In this document: piece by piece, positions 9,584-19,277 of the stretch | How positions within the stretch are numbered: position 1 is the first letter of the stretch | How the letters are laid out: each line of letters begins with the position of its first letter | Source of the DNA: an uncultured Gemmatimonadales bacterium | GTDB taxonomy: Bacteria > Gemmatimonadota > Gemmatimonadetes > Longimicrobiales > Longimicrobiaceae | Assembly: GCA_963716255.1 (NCBI GenBank) | Contig: OY970303.1 | Coordinates: forward strand, 4,256,001 to 4,320,000 | DNA: 64,000 nt | Reading direction: 5' to 3' | Position numbers and translations under genes: made by a program | Notes under the pieces: model-generated | Databases searched by the model: none | Seen by the model: the letters and a program-made list of their open reading frames with translations, nothing else | What the model was told of the DNA's origin: nothing

Positions 9584-9991
9584 TCAGCCCACGCTCTCGC
9601 CGTTGAGCTCCACGGTGCCGGGGAGCAGGGTGTCGCGCACCGTCTGCACCAGCACGTGCGGGTCGAACGGCTTGGGGACGAAGGCGGCGGGCGCCACCTC
9701 CAGCCCGTACGAGGCGTCGGGGTCGTGCAGGATCCCCGAGGCCAGCAGCACCGGGATGGCGGGGTGGCGGCGCGACATCTCCCAGATCAGCTCGCGCCCG
9801 CCCATGCGCGGCATCACCGCGTCGGACACCACCAGGTCCACGCCTCCGCCGTGGCGGTCCAGGATCTCCAGCGCCTCCAGCCCGTCGGCGGCCTGGATCA
9901 CCAGGTAGCCCTCGCTCGCCAGCGCGGCGCGGCACACGTCGCGTATCTCGGGCTCGTCGTCCACGACGAGAATGGTGGGCTGCTTGGTCAT
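9584..9991 (-). CDS. Single-domain response regulator (receiver)
   Basis: ILVVDDEP, VSDAVMPRMGG, KPF. Confidence 0.9.
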   Translation of the reverse strand: MTKQPTILVVDDEPEIRDVCRAALASEGYLVIQAADGLEALEILDRHGGGVDLVVSDAVMPRMGGRELIWEMSRRHPAIPVLLASGILHDPDASYGLEVAPAAFVPKPFDPHVLVQTVRDTLLPGTVELNGESVG

Positions 9992-10228
9992 CTACGTGCT
10001 CTCGTGCGGGGATCGCGGCGCGCCGAAAGGTACGGGTCCAGCGGTCACCCTGCGGAACAGGCAAGAAGCACACCCGGTGGGGGGGGCGCCTCCGTGCGCC
10101 CCCAGCTGGGGTCCGGCGGCGCCGGCGTGTCGCTCCGCGTCCGCTGATCCCAGGCCCCTTGTCTGCGGCCGCCGCGCCGGTTCCATTGCGGGGATGAGCC
10201 CGAGCCCCCGCCTCCGGTAAGCGCCGCC

Positions 10229-10489
10229 GTGCGCCGCGACCCCCGTGCCGGGCCCGCCGTCCCCCGCCGCATCGCCGGCTTCCACCCGGACGGCGAGGGC
10301 CACTGGGTGGCCGACCTGGAGTGCGGCCACACGCAGCACGTCCGCCACGACCCGCCCTGGCAGGTGCGCCCCTGGGTGCTGACCCCGGAGGGACGCGCCG
10401 GCTTCCTGGGCCGGATGCTGGAGTGCCCCGCGTGCGCCGCCGGAGACCCCGCCGCGCCGTCCCCGCCGACCCCCGGAGACCCGCCGTGA
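10229..10489 (+). CDS. DUF3565-like small protein
   Basis: GFHPDGEGHWVADLECGHTQHVRHDPPWQVRPWV...CPAC. Confidence 0.75.
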   Translation: MRRDPRAGPAVPRRIAGFHPDGEGHWVADLECGHTQHVRHDPPWQVRPWVLTPEGRAGFLGRMLECPACAAGDPAAPSPPTPGDPP

Positions 10490-10764
10490 AGCTGCTCTAC
10501 TTCCGCGCCGACTGGTGCGGCGTCTGCCACGCCAAGGCGCCGGTGGCCGGGGAGATCGCCCGCGCACACGGGCTGCCGCTGGAGGTGTTCGACGTGGACG
10601 AAGAGGCCGGCCGCGCGGCGTTCGCGGCGCGCCGCATCCGCGGCGTCCCCACGCTGGCGCTGGCCGACGGGGAGCGCGTGCGCTTCCGCCTGGTGGGGAG
10701 CATGATCACCCCCGGGAACGTGGCGCAGCTCCTCGCCCGCATCCCGCCGCGGGACGGCGCCTGA
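10486..10764 (+). CDS. Thioredoxin-family protein
   Basis: GTG start overlapping previous stop; WCGVC and GVPT cis-Pro. Confidence 0.8.
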   Translation: MKLLYFRADWCGVCHAKAPVAGEIARAHGLPLEVFDVDEEAGRAAFAARRIRGVPTLALADGERVRFRLVGSMITPGNVAQLLARIPPRDGA

Positions 10765-11636
10765 TGGGCTTCATCGTCGCGGCGCGGCGGGCGGCGGATC
10801 CCGCGCGCCCCCTCGGCAGCCGGTTCATGGCCCTGCTCTGGTGCATCGAGTCGTACGGGTGGCTCACGCGCGGTAGCTTCAACGCGATCTTGGAGCGCCT
10901 GGGGGGGCTGCACGGCTTCGGCCGGCGCCCCGGGCCCGACGCGGAGCAGCTCGAGGCCGCCCTGCGGACGCTGATCGCCGACCGCGAGCGCTTCCTTCAG
11001 GGCGCGGATGAGCTCGCCCGCCGCCGCCGCGCGGAAAAGGCCGCGGGCCTGCGCGTTCCCCGCAGGGGCGCGGTGGAGGCGCTGTACGCGTCGGCCGATC
11101 CGGACGCGCTCCCGCCGCCGGGCGCGGACCCCGACCCGGTGCTCCGCCGCGTCGATGCGGCGATGGAGCGGATCCGGCGGGGGCTGCGGCGGACGGAGGC
11201 GGCACGGACGCTCCACGCGGCGACGGAGCTGAAGCTGTGGGACTACCTGTGGATCGAGGCGCCGCCGCCGGGGGAGACGGGCCCCGCCGCGGTGCTCGCC
11301 GTGGTGGGGAGCACCGACCTGGACTACTACCAGCTCGCGCGGCTGCGCTTTCGCGGGGTGCGCCACTCCACCTGCCCCCGCTACTTCCACCACCCGGTCT
11401 TCAGCATGGCCCCCGCCGCCATGGAGCGGCGCCTGCGCGCCGAGCTCGGCTTCGGCCCGGAGTGCTTCGCTGTGGAGGTGAGGGTGGAAGCGGACTCGCC
11501 GCTGGAGGAGCGCTTCGTGGTGGTGGCGGAGGGGGTGGAGCTGGAGCTGCCCGCCCCCGGCGAGACCAAGCTGCGGACCCTCTACGAGCCGGCGAACCCC
11601 GCGCACATGGGGTGGTGGGGGTGGGACTACGGCTGA
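10764..11636 (+). CDS. Hypothetical protein
   Basis: TGATG coupling to the thioredoxin; host-like codon usage. Confidence 0.6.
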   Translation: MGFIVAARRAADPARPLGSRFMALLWCIESYGWLTRGSFNAILERLGGLHGFGRRPGPDAEQLEAALRTLIADRERFLQGADELARRRRAEKAAGLRVPRRGAVEALYASADPDALPPPGADPDPVLRRVDAAMERIRRGLRRTEAARTLHAATELKLWDYLWIEAPPPGETGPAAVLAVVGSTDLDYYQLARLRFRGVRHSTCPRYFHHPVFSMAPAAMERRLRAELGFGPECFAVEVRVEADSPLEERFVVVAEGVELELPAPGETKLRTLYEPANPAHMGWWGWDYG

Positions 11637-11685
11637 CACGGGAGCGGCGTGCGCCACGCCGCCGGCAGGCCGCTCGCGGACGCCA

Positions 11686-11716
11686 GCCCGACCCCGGCGC
11701 AGCCGGGGGCACGCCC
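11686..11716 (+). repeat. Repeat family A terminal fragment
   Basis: GCCCGACCCCGGCGCAGCCGGGGGCACGCCC. Confidence 0.7.
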
Positions 11717-11776
11717 CAAAACCCTCCGCTCGGTCCGTCGCAGCCGGACCCCTCACGACCCGGAACAGGAGCCGCC

Positions 11777-12082
11777 ATGTCCATCCCCCAGGAGCTGGCC
11801 CGCAAGCTCTCCGCCGCGCACGAGGAAGCCCTGCGCGTGGGCGACAGCCCGCTGCGCGCCGACCAGCTCGCCGACCGCCTGTCCCACCTGGCCCGCGAGA
11901 TCGCGGCGTCCGACGCGCCCGAGGAGACGCGCACCCGGGTGCGGGCCGCGCTCGCCGACGCGGAGCGCGTGCTCCGCCGCGACGACGACGGCCGCGAGGC
12001 CGCCCGCCACCTCCAGTCCGCTCTGAAGCTCACGGAGCAGCGCACGCGAAAGCCCTCGCCGTTCCTGGACGACGAGGACTGA
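11777..12082 (+). CDS. Hypothetical helical protein
   Basis: AGGAG RBS, ATG; MSIPQELARK... Confidence 0.65.
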   Translation: MSIPQELARKLSAAHEEALRVGDSPLRADQLADRLSHLAREIAASDAPEETRTRVRAALADAERVLRRDDDGREAARHLQSALKLTEQRTRKPSPFLDDED

Positions 12083-12102
12083 CCCGCGAAGGGGGGCCGG
12101 CG

Positions 12103-12170
12103 GCCCTCACCCGGCTCGCTTGAGGCTCGCCACCCTCTCCCAATTCTGGGAGAGGGGGCCGGGGGGAGGG
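12103..12170 (+). repeat. Repeat family C palindrome
   Basis: CACCCGGCTCGCTTGAGGCTCGCCACCCTCTCCCAATTCTGGGAGAGGG; reverse-complement copy at 60656-60706. Confidence 0.75.
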
Positions 12171-12180
12171 GGCCCCAGCG

Positions 12181-12327
12181 GACGCCAGCTCGGCCCCCGC
12201 GTGAGGGATTTCGGCCCGAAGGGGCGAGACCGCGCGGCTGTTTGCGCGGGCTCGACTCCGTTAGCCCGCGTTGTTTGCTCGCTTACGGAGCCGAAGCCCG
12301 ACCCCGGCGCCAGCCGGGGGCACGCCC
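12181..12327 (+). repeat. Repeat family A copy 2
   Basis: Near-identical scaffold to the other A copies. Confidence 0.9.
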
Positions 12328-12361
12328 GGATCCTGCCGTGAAAGCCGTCGATCCGGAACCG

Positions 12362-13417
12362 TCAGGAGCCCGCCAGGGTGAACGTGTAGATGTCGGCGCT
12401 GGTGACGGCGCTCCGGTTGTCGTGCCACACGATGCGGCCGCCGCTGATGGCCGGCTGGATCTGGTTGCCGCTGCTCGTGGTCACGCGGTGCTCCGTGCCG
12501 GTGGCGATGTCGTAGGCGTAGATGTCGGAATGGCCGTTCCGCTCGTCCTCCCACACGATCACGTTCCCCGAGACGTCCGGGTTGCGCTGCGCGGCCGGGC
12601 TGCGGGTGATCCGCGTCTCCACCCCGGTGGCCGGGTCGTACATGTAGATGTCGTAGTTGCCGTTGCGGACGTCCTCGTACACCACGCGGGCGCCGTCCGT
12701 GGCGGGGTTGGACTGGCCGGCCGTGCTGGTGGTGGCCTGGACGGCCGGCCCCGGGATCCCGCCGGCCACGCTGCGCATCATGATGTTGGCGTCGGCCGAG
12801 CCGCCGCGGCTCTCCTGCCACACCACCAGGTCCCCGCCGATGTCCGGGTCGTGGGAGGTGGCGCCGTCCGCGGCGATCGCGACCTCCGCGCCGAGGTCGA
12901 AGTCCCACATGTACACGTCGTGGTTGCTGTTGCGGTTGCTGCCGTAGACCACGCGGTGCCCGGAGATGCGCGGCCAGCTTTCCGTCCCGGCGCCGCCCAC
13001 CTGCGGCTGGAACTCCACCCCGGTGCGCAGGTCCAGCGCGCGGATCTTGACCCCGGTGCCGCGCCAGTCCTCCCACACCACGAAGTCCTGCGACACGGCC
13101 GGGTGCTGCTGCGTGTCGGAGTCGGTGGTGATGCGCGTTTCCACGCCGGTGCCCACGTCGCGCAGGTAGACGTCGTAGCTGCCGTTGCGGTTGTCGCCGA
13201 ACGCCACCCGCGAGCCGTCCACGGCCGGGTGGAACTGGATGCCGGCCTGGGCGATCACCGGCGACTCGGCTCCGCCGGCGAGGAGCGACAGGACCGGGGC
13301 GGCGGCTTCGGCCAGGGCGTCCATCGGCATGGGCTCGTCGGTGCACGCGCCGACGGCGAGGCCCACCAGGGTCGCCATCGCGAAGCGGCCGGTGCGGGTG
13401 GCGAGGATGCGGCTCAT
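12362..13417 (-). CDS. Beta-propeller repeat lipoprotein (TolB-like / Methanosarcina-type repeat)
   Basis: Lipobox VGAC; repeats such as P.V.G..VV(W/Y)ED.RNGN.DIY.YD. Confidence 0.8.
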   Translation of the reverse strand: MSRILATRTGRFAMATLVGLAVGACTDEPMPMDALAEAAAPVLSLLAGGAESPVIAQAGIQFHPAVDGSRVAFGDNRNGSYDVYLRDVGTGVETRITTDSDTQQHPAVSQDFVVWEDWRGTGVKIRALDLRTGVEFQPQVGGAGTESWPRISGHRVVYGSNRNSNHDVYMWDFDLGAEVAIAADGATSHDPDIGGDLVVWQESRGGSADANIMMRSVAGGIPGPAVQATTSTAGQSNPATDGARVVYEDVRNGNYDIYMYDPATGVETRITRSPAAQRNPDVSGNVIVWEDERNGHSDIYAYDIATGTEHRVTTSSGNQIQPAISGGRIVWHDNRSAVTSADIYTFTLAGS

Positions 13418-13636
13418 GGCTCTATCTCCTGCGAAAAGGGTCGTCGGTTTCGGGGCGCGGGGGGCCGTCCCGCCGCGCGAGGTACAGGATACGCGGCGTC
13501 CACCCCGCCCTCATGGTTCGGTTGACCCATCTTTTCGCGGGCGGGGCGGTCGCCCCGTGACGCCCGCCGCCGGGACGCCGTCTCTCCGCTGGCAGGCCGC
13601 CCCGCCGGCACCTTCCCTCCCGCACCCGCTCCGGAC

Positions 13637-14275
13637 ATGCTCCGCCACGCCGCGCTCCTCCCGTTCTGCCTGCTCCTCGCCCTCCCCGCCACCGTCCGCG
13701 CGCAGGGAGGGGCGCGGCTCGTCCCCTACGCCGGCGCCACGGTGGGCGGCGCGTCGCTGCCCCGCGCCTTCCAGGCGTGCCCGCCCGGCACCCGCGCCGC
13801 CGCGGACGCGCGCCTGGGCGTGGCGCTGGGGGCCGTGGCGCTGGAGGCGCGCTTCGCCGCGCTCGCCGACGTGGGGACCATGGCGTGCCTGGACGCGCTG
13901 GCGGACCCCGCGCTCCTGCCGGACGGCGTGCACGCCACGACCCACTACCCGTTCCGGGGGAGCCCCGACCACCTGGCCGGCGACCTCCGGCTGCGCCTGG
14001 GCGGCACGCGCGCGCTGCCGCTGGCGGTGTCGGGGGGCGGCGGGTGGCTCCGCTCGCCGGGCGTGCCGTACCTGCTGGCCGCGGCGGGAGTGCGCCTGGG
14101 CGGACGCGTGCGGCTGGCGGTGGACGCGGAGCGGAGCTGGTACCGGGTGGAGCGGACCGCGTACACCGCCGAGTACAGGAACGGGCAGGTGGCGCGCCGG
14201 ATCTCCAGCGAGGAGCAGGTGGCGTGGCCGGGTGGGACCGGGGTGCGTGCGGGGGTGGAGCTCGCCTTCCGCTAG
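13637..14275 (+). CDS. Hypothetical secreted protein, possible outer-membrane beta-barrel
   Basis: Signal peptide VRA-Q; alternating strands; C-terminal GVELAFR. Confidence 0.55.
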   Translation: MLRHAALLPFCLLLALPATVRAQGGARLVPYAGATVGGASLPRAFQACPPGTRAAADARLGVALGAVALEARFAALADVGTMACLDALADPALLPDGVHATTHYPFRGSPDHLAGDLRLRLGGTRALPLAVSGGGGWLRSPGVPYLLAAAGVRLGGRVRLAVDAERSWYRVERTAYTAEYRNGQVARRISSEEQVAWPGGTGVRAGVELAFR

Positions 14276-14338
14276 CGCCGGTCCGGCGGCATGGGCGGCG
14301 GGGCCCGGAGCGTGGAACGGCAATACGAAGTACGCGAA

Positions 14339-14537
14339 GGCGCCCCCGCCGGGATCCATCGGTGGGGGCGCCGTTCGCTTTTCCCGCAGTATCCACATGA
14401 ATCCGTTCTGAGGGAGACTCGCCGGCGGTTTGGCGAGGCTCCCTCCGGCGCAGGGAGACACGGGGCAGTTTCCCGGGGCTCCCGGAGCCCGCGCAGGAGA
14501 CGGACGGCAGTATCGTCCGGCTCCGTAGCGGCCCGCC
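14339..14537 (+). repeat. Repeat family B copy 1 (terminal hairpin plus three GGAGAC...GGCTCC hairpins)
   Basis: Matches the reverse complement of 20168-20368 and 63637-63792. Confidence 0.9.
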
Positions 14538-14653
14538 ACCGCCGCGAAGAGCGCAATCCCCCGCCGCACCGTATATTGGTGCCCCGCAGCCCCCAGCCGA
14601 CCCCGAATCCGGACCACTCCGTGCCGAAGCCCGCCCCCCGCAGCACCATCCCG

Positions 14654-15835
14654 ATGATCCTGGCGCTCGCCCTGGCCGCCGCGCCCGCCCGCGCCCAGGA
14701 CCCGCTCCCCCGCTACACGGCGCCCGCCGACGCCCTGGCGCCAGGCGTGGTGCGGGTCTGCGCGGGCGGCGACGTGACGCTGGGCACCAACCTGGATCCA
14801 AGCTGGGCGCGGGCGGCCTCGCAGAAGTACGGGATGCGCGTGGACCCCTTCCCGGACCCGGACTCGCTGCTGGCCCCGCTGCGCCCGCTGGTGGCGGACG
14901 CGGACGTGGTGCTCCTGAACGTGGAGGGCGCCATCGGCGAGGGGACGCCGTCGCGGCGCAAGTGCGCGCCGGGATCCACGGCCTGCTTCGCCTTCCGGAT
15001 GCCGGTGGACGCGGCGGCGGCGGTGCGCCGCGTGGTGGACCCGGACAGCGCCGCGGTGGTGGGGAACGTGGCCAACAACCACGCGGGCGACGCCGGGCGG
15101 CCGGGGTGGCGCGAGACCATGCGCCACCTGGAGGACGCCGGGGTGCGGGTGACGGGCGCGGACAGCGTGCCCACCGTGGTGGCCACGGCGCGGGGGGACA
15201 CGGTGGCCTTTCTGGGCTTCAGCGTGTGGATCGGGCCGGACGCGCGCGATCTGGCCGCGGTGCGCCGCATCGTGGGGCGGGCGGCGGAGCGCTGGCCGCG
15301 GGTGGTGGTGACCATGCACATGGGCGCCGAGGGGCGCGCGGCGCAGCGCACGCCGGAGGCGCGGGAGACGTTCTACGGCGAGAACCGCGGCAGCATGGTG
15401 ACGTTCGCGCGGACGGCTGCGGCGGCGGGGGCGGACCTGGTGGTGGGGCATGGGCCGCACGTGATGCGCGCGGCGGAGTGGCGAGGGGAGACGCTGATCC
15501 TGTACTCGCTGGGGAACCTGCTCACCTACGGGCCCTTCTCGCTGGCGGAGCCGCTGAACCGCGGGGCGGTGGCGTGCGCGGCCCTGGACTCCGCGGGGCG
15601 GGTGGTGGAGGCGGCGCTGCGGCCCACTCGCCAGGTGCCTCCGGGGCGCCTGCGGGCGGACGTCTCGGCGCGCAGCGCGGCGCTCGTGGACTCGCTGTCG
15701 CGGCTGGACTTCCCGGCGACGGGGGCGCGGGTGGACCCGGACGGCGCCATCCGCGTCCCCGAGCGGCCCTACACCCCCGGGGGCGGGGCGGCGCCGCGGC
15801 GCCCCCGGCCGGTGCGGAAGGGCGGCGGGGACTAG
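14654..15835 (+). CDS. CapA/PGA_cap family metallophosphoesterase-fold protein
   Basis: GDVTLG, NVEG, ANNHAGD, MHMGAE, GHGPHV, YSLGN; start could be GTG 14621. Confidence 0.88.
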   Translation: MILALALAAAPARAQDPLPRYTAPADALAPGVVRVCAGGDVTLGTNLDPSWARAASQKYGMRVDPFPDPDSLLAPLRPLVADADVVLLNVEGAIGEGTPSRRKCAPGSTACFAFRMPVDAAAAVRRVVDPDSAAVVGNVANNHAGDAGRPGWRETMRHLEDAGVRVTGADSVPTVVATARGDTVAFLGFSVWIGPDARDLAAVRRIVGRAAERWPRVVVTMHMGAEGRAAQRTPEARETFYGENRGSMVTFARTAAAAGADLVVGHGPHVMRAAEWRGETLILYSLGNLLTYGPFSLAEPLNRGAVACAALDSAGRVVEAALRPTRQVPPGRLRADVSARSAALVDSLSRLDFPATGARVDPDGAIRVPERPYTPGGGAAPRRPRPVRKGGGD

Positions 15836-16365
15836 CGGGCGGCGACTGCGGCGGCGGTGTCGCCCTCGGCGATGAGGCGGCGGACGCCCATCCAGGCGCG
15901 GACCAGCGACGACTCGCGGCGGTCCAGCCGGCTCTCCACGATGCGCCCGGCGTAGCTGCTGGCGTGGACGTAGCGCCCGCCGCCCACGTACACGCCCACG
16001 TGCGTGATCCGGCCGCCCCGCCCGAAGGTGAGCAGGTCGCCCACTCGCAGCCGGCTCGGGTCGCGGGGGACCTCGCGGCCGGCGGCGGCCTGCTCGCGGG
16101 CGGTGCGGGGGAGCTGCACGCCCAGGGCGCGCATCAGGTAGCGGGTGAACCCGCTGCAGTCGAAGCCCCGGTCGGGGTCCGTCCCCCCGAACAGGTAGCG
16201 GCGCCCGAGCTGGGCGCGGGCCAGGGCGGCCACGGAGCCGCTGTCGGCGGCGGCGCGCGAGGCGGAGGCGCCCACGGAGGGCTGCTGGGCCGCGGAATGG
16301 CCGGGCGACGCGAGCACGACGGCGCAGGCGAGCGCCGCGAGGAGCCGGGTCCGTACAGGGATCAA
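15832..16365 (-). CDS. NlpC/P60 (C40) peptidase
   Basis: YLFGG...GFDCSGF, LPRTA, GDLLTF, THVGVYVGGGRYVHAS; start approximate. Confidence 0.9.
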   Translation of the reverse strand: MIPVRTRLLAALACAVVLASPGHSAAQQPSVGASASRAAADSGSVAALARAQLGRRYLFGGTDPDRGFDCSGFTRYLMRALGVQLPRTAREQAAAGREVPRDPSRLRVGDLLTFGRGGRITHVGVYVGGGRYVHASSYAGRIVESRLDRRESSLVRAWMGVRRLIAEGDTAAAVAAR

Positions 16366-16613
16366 GGGCCGGGACGTGCGGGGGACGGAGTGCGGCGCCG
16401 GTGCCGTCGGAAATGGCCGGTGAACGGCCGGGCGCGCCGCGCGAGAGTCCTGCGAGGACGGTTGCGAGTGACGGGCATCATACCCCCCGCCGGTCCACCC
16501 CGTCAACCCGCGCGTGCGCCGCCGGCGCCCATCGCGCGCGCAAAATGTTTCACCGCAATGGCTTGCGAATTTCTTCCAATCCCCCCGACCCTGACCCCGT
16601 CCCCGACCGCCCG

Positions 16614-17579
16614 ATGAACCGACGACTCGCCGCCGCCCTGCTGGCCTCGCTCCTGGTGCTGCTCTCCGCAGGGGCGTGCGCCGCCGCCCCGCGCCCCGCG
16701 TCCACGTCCGTCCGCCACGTCCCTTCCGACACCGCCGCGCTGCGCCGCGCCCTGGAGGCGGCCATGCAGGGCTACGCGGGGGTGGCGGGGGTGAGTGTGC
16801 GCAACCTGCGCACGGGGGAGTCGCTTTCCATCCGCGGCGGGGAGACCTTTCCCTCGGCGTCGCTGGTGAAGGTGCCGGTGCTGGTGGCGCTCCTGGACCA
16901 GGTGCGGCGCGGCAGCATCCGGCTGGACGAGCGCATGGGGATGATCGCCCGCGACCGGGTGGGAGGCTCGGGGGTGCTCCAGTACATGGAGTCCGGGCTG
17001 CCGCTCACGGTGGGCGACGCGGCGTGGCTGATGATCACGCTGTCCGACAACACGGCCACCAACCTGCTGCTGGACAAGATCAACATCCGCACGGTGTGGG
17101 AGAAGATGGACTCGCTGGGGCTTCCCCACACGAAGATCCACTCCAAGACCTTCATCCGCGCCACCTCGCTGGCTCCCGACTCGTCGGTGAAGTACGGGCT
17201 GGGCGTGGCGGTGCCGGACGAGATGGTGCGCCTTTTCGCGCTGCTGCACGAGGGGAGGGCCGTGTCCCCGGAACTGGACTCGCTGGCGCTGCGGATGCTG
17301 CGCGCCAACCAGGACGGCTCCAAGCTGGTGCGCTGGCTGCCCGAGGACGTGCCGGTGGCGCACAAGAGCGGCGACGTGGACCGCGCCCGCAACGACTGCG
17401 GGATCCTCTACGGGCCGGACGCGCCGGTGGCGGTGTGCGTGATGACGCGCGAGAACGCGGCAACCACCTACGCCGTGGACGCCCCGGCGCACCTGCTCAT
17501 CGGCCGGGTGGGGCGCGAGGTGTTCAGGCACTACAACCCCTCCGCCGCGCTGCCGCCGCTCCCCCCGCAGCAGCGTTGA
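16614..17579 (+). CDS. Class A beta-lactamase-like serine hydrolase (lipoprotein)
   Basis: SLVK (SxxK), SDN, HKSG motifs. Confidence 0.88.
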   Translation: MNRRLAAALLASLLVLLSAGACAAAPRPASTSVRHVPSDTAALRRALEAAMQGYAGVAGVSVRNLRTGESLSIRGGETFPSASLVKVPVLVALLDQVRRGSIRLDERMGMIARDRVGGSGVLQYMESGLPLTVGDAAWLMITLSDNTATNLLLDKINIRTVWEKMDSLGLPHTKIHSKTFIRATSLAPDSSVKYGLGVAVPDEMVRLFALLHEGRAVSPELDSLALRMLRANQDGSKLVRWLPEDVPVAHKSGDVDRARNDCGILYGPDAPVAVCVMTRENAATTYAVDAPAHLLIGRVGREVFRHYNPSAALPPLPPQQR

Positions 17580-17595
17580 TGCGGCGCGGCGCCGG

Positions 17596-18147
17596 GTGAG
17601 TGGGCTCCCGCCCTGGGCGGCGTGGGCCGGCGCCGCACTCTGCGTGCTGGCGCTGGGCGCGCTGCTGGAGGCGCCGCGCGTGCGCGACCGCGTCCTCGTG
17701 GTGGACCGGCGGCGCCTGCGCGCCGCGCTGGTCCGCGCCCGCCTCCGCGGCACCCCGGAGCCGCTGCTCCCCTTCTTCCGCGACCTGGAGGAGGGCGGCG
17801 CCGGGCTGGTGATGGGCGCCGCCGTCAGCGCCATCCTCTTCCTCCTCTTCGGCGCCACCGTCTTCGGGGTGCGCCGCCTGCTGCTGGGCGTCCCCCTTTA
17901 CCTGGGCCTCGGCCTGGTCACCGTGGCGCTGGTCCGGCTGCTGCTGCTCGCCCCGCGTGCCCTGGGGCTCTGGCTCCTGCGCGTCGCGGTGCTCGCCACC
18001 GAGCGCCTGCTGCGCCTGCTCCTGGGCGAGCGCGCCGCCCCGGAGCGCATCCCCTTCGTCTACGGCGCGCTGCTCGCGGTGTCGGCGGGGGCGGCCGTCG
18101 GCCTGGCGACGGCGGCGGTGCGATGGTGGCGCGGCGTGGCGATGTAG
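17596..18147 (+). CDS. Hypothetical membrane protein
   Basis: Several hydrophobic helices. Confidence 0.6.
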   Translation: MSGLPPWAAWAGAALCVLALGALLEAPRVRDRVLVVDRRRLRAALVRARLRGTPEPLLPFFRDLEEGGAGLVMGAAVSAILFLLFGATVFGVRRLLLGVPLYLGLGLVTVALVRLLLLAPRALGLWLLRVAVLATERLLRLLLGERAAPERIPFVYGALLAVSAGAAVGLATAAVRWWRGVAM

Positions 18148-18275
18148 CGGCCGCCGCGGTCGTGAGCGCACACAGTCTCGATCTCCACTTCGCGCGCGGT
18201 CCCTCTCCCATCGCATCGCAGGAGAATCGCCCTCGCGATGCGTGTCCTCCACGAAGAATCCAGAATTCTACAGCC

Positions 18276-18304
18276 TTGACGGGTCTCCAGATCGGGGGTA
18301 AAAT
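18276..18304 (+). promoter_or_regulatory. Sigma70-type promoter
   Basis: TTGACG-N17-TAAAAT. Confidence 0.6.
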
Positions 18305-18389
18305 TTATTGTGTCGGAAAATGTGCGTCACAACGATGCCTTTCGGCATGCGAGCCTGGCTCGCTCCCCCACCGGACGCAGGAGGTCCCC

Positions 18390-19055
18390 ATGAAGCGAAC
18401 CGCAAGCCTGGCCCTGGCCGCGCTGTCTGCAACCGCGCTGCTCGCCGCGTGCGAGCGCGGCGTCCTGGATCCGCGCACTCCCGCCGCCGGCGGTATCCCC
18501 CGCAGCATGGAGTCGGAGGATCCGAGCTTCGAGAACCCGAGGATGCTCGAGCCCGTCGATGGCGAGGTCGGCGGGGGTGAGGGGGGTGGGGGTGACGGGG
18601 GCGGCGGCTCGGGCGGCGGGACGGACCCGTTCAACCCGCCACCGGAGCCAGCCGCTCAGCAGGGGTTCCCTCCCTACTACGCCTACTGGAACGCGTCGAA
18701 GTGGTATTCCTGCGGCCAGGTCACCCACGCGTTCTGGGGACTCGGCTCCTCGTGGAGCAACGACATCACCCGGGGCACCACCATCTACGTGAGCGGCATC
18801 GCCATCCCCAGAACCTTCATGGACTGGGGCATCTACGACCAGTACGGCAACATGGTCGTGTTCCACCGCACGCAGCCCGCCCGGAGCAACTGCGTCGTGC
18901 ACCACGAGGACGAGGCCATCAGCACGTCGGGCTGGGCGCCCGGGTACTACTACCTGTACGCAGTCTATTCCGGCCTGGAGAACGGCGGCGTGGAAAGCTC
19001 GTCCGGGTACGGGCGGGCATACGGGAAGTACGTCGGTCCCCTGCGGGTCCGGTAG
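18390..19055 (+). CDS. Hypothetical lipoprotein with Gly-rich linker and Tyr/Trp-rich C-terminal domain
   Basis: GGAGG RBS, lipobox LAAC, followed by a hairpin at about 19077-19110. Confidence 0.75.
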   Translation: MKRTASLALAALSATALLAACERGVLDPRTPAAGGIPRSMESEDPSFENPRMLEPVDGEVGGGEGGGGDGGGGSGGGTDPFNPPPEPAAQQGFPPYYAYWNASKWYSCGQVTHAFWGLGSSWSNDITRGTTIYVSGIAIPRTFMDWGIYDQYGNMVVFHRTQPARSNCVVHHEDEAISTSGWAPGYYYLYAVYSGLENGGVESSSGYGRAYGKYVGPLRVR

Positions 19056-19277
19056 GCTCCCGGAGCCGGTTCACGTACGAAGCTCCCGCGGCGCCGTCGC
19101 GGGAGCTTCGTCGCGTTCGGGGGGCTTCCGCGCCGGTAGCATCGCCACCGGCCGCCGAAGCTGCCCCGCCGGAGCCCGGAGCAGCCCCCCCTGCACCAAC
19201 CCGGTACACCCTTTGCGCCACCCGCCCCGCTTCGACGACGGGCGAGGACGAGCGGACCACGACAAGGGGAGGACGCC

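Noticed and set aside
14339..14537. Family B tandem units as a CRISPR array or integron attC sites
   Set aside because: Units are self-complementary hairpins with no unique spacers, no cas or intI gene, and no RYYYAAC/GTTRRRY ends
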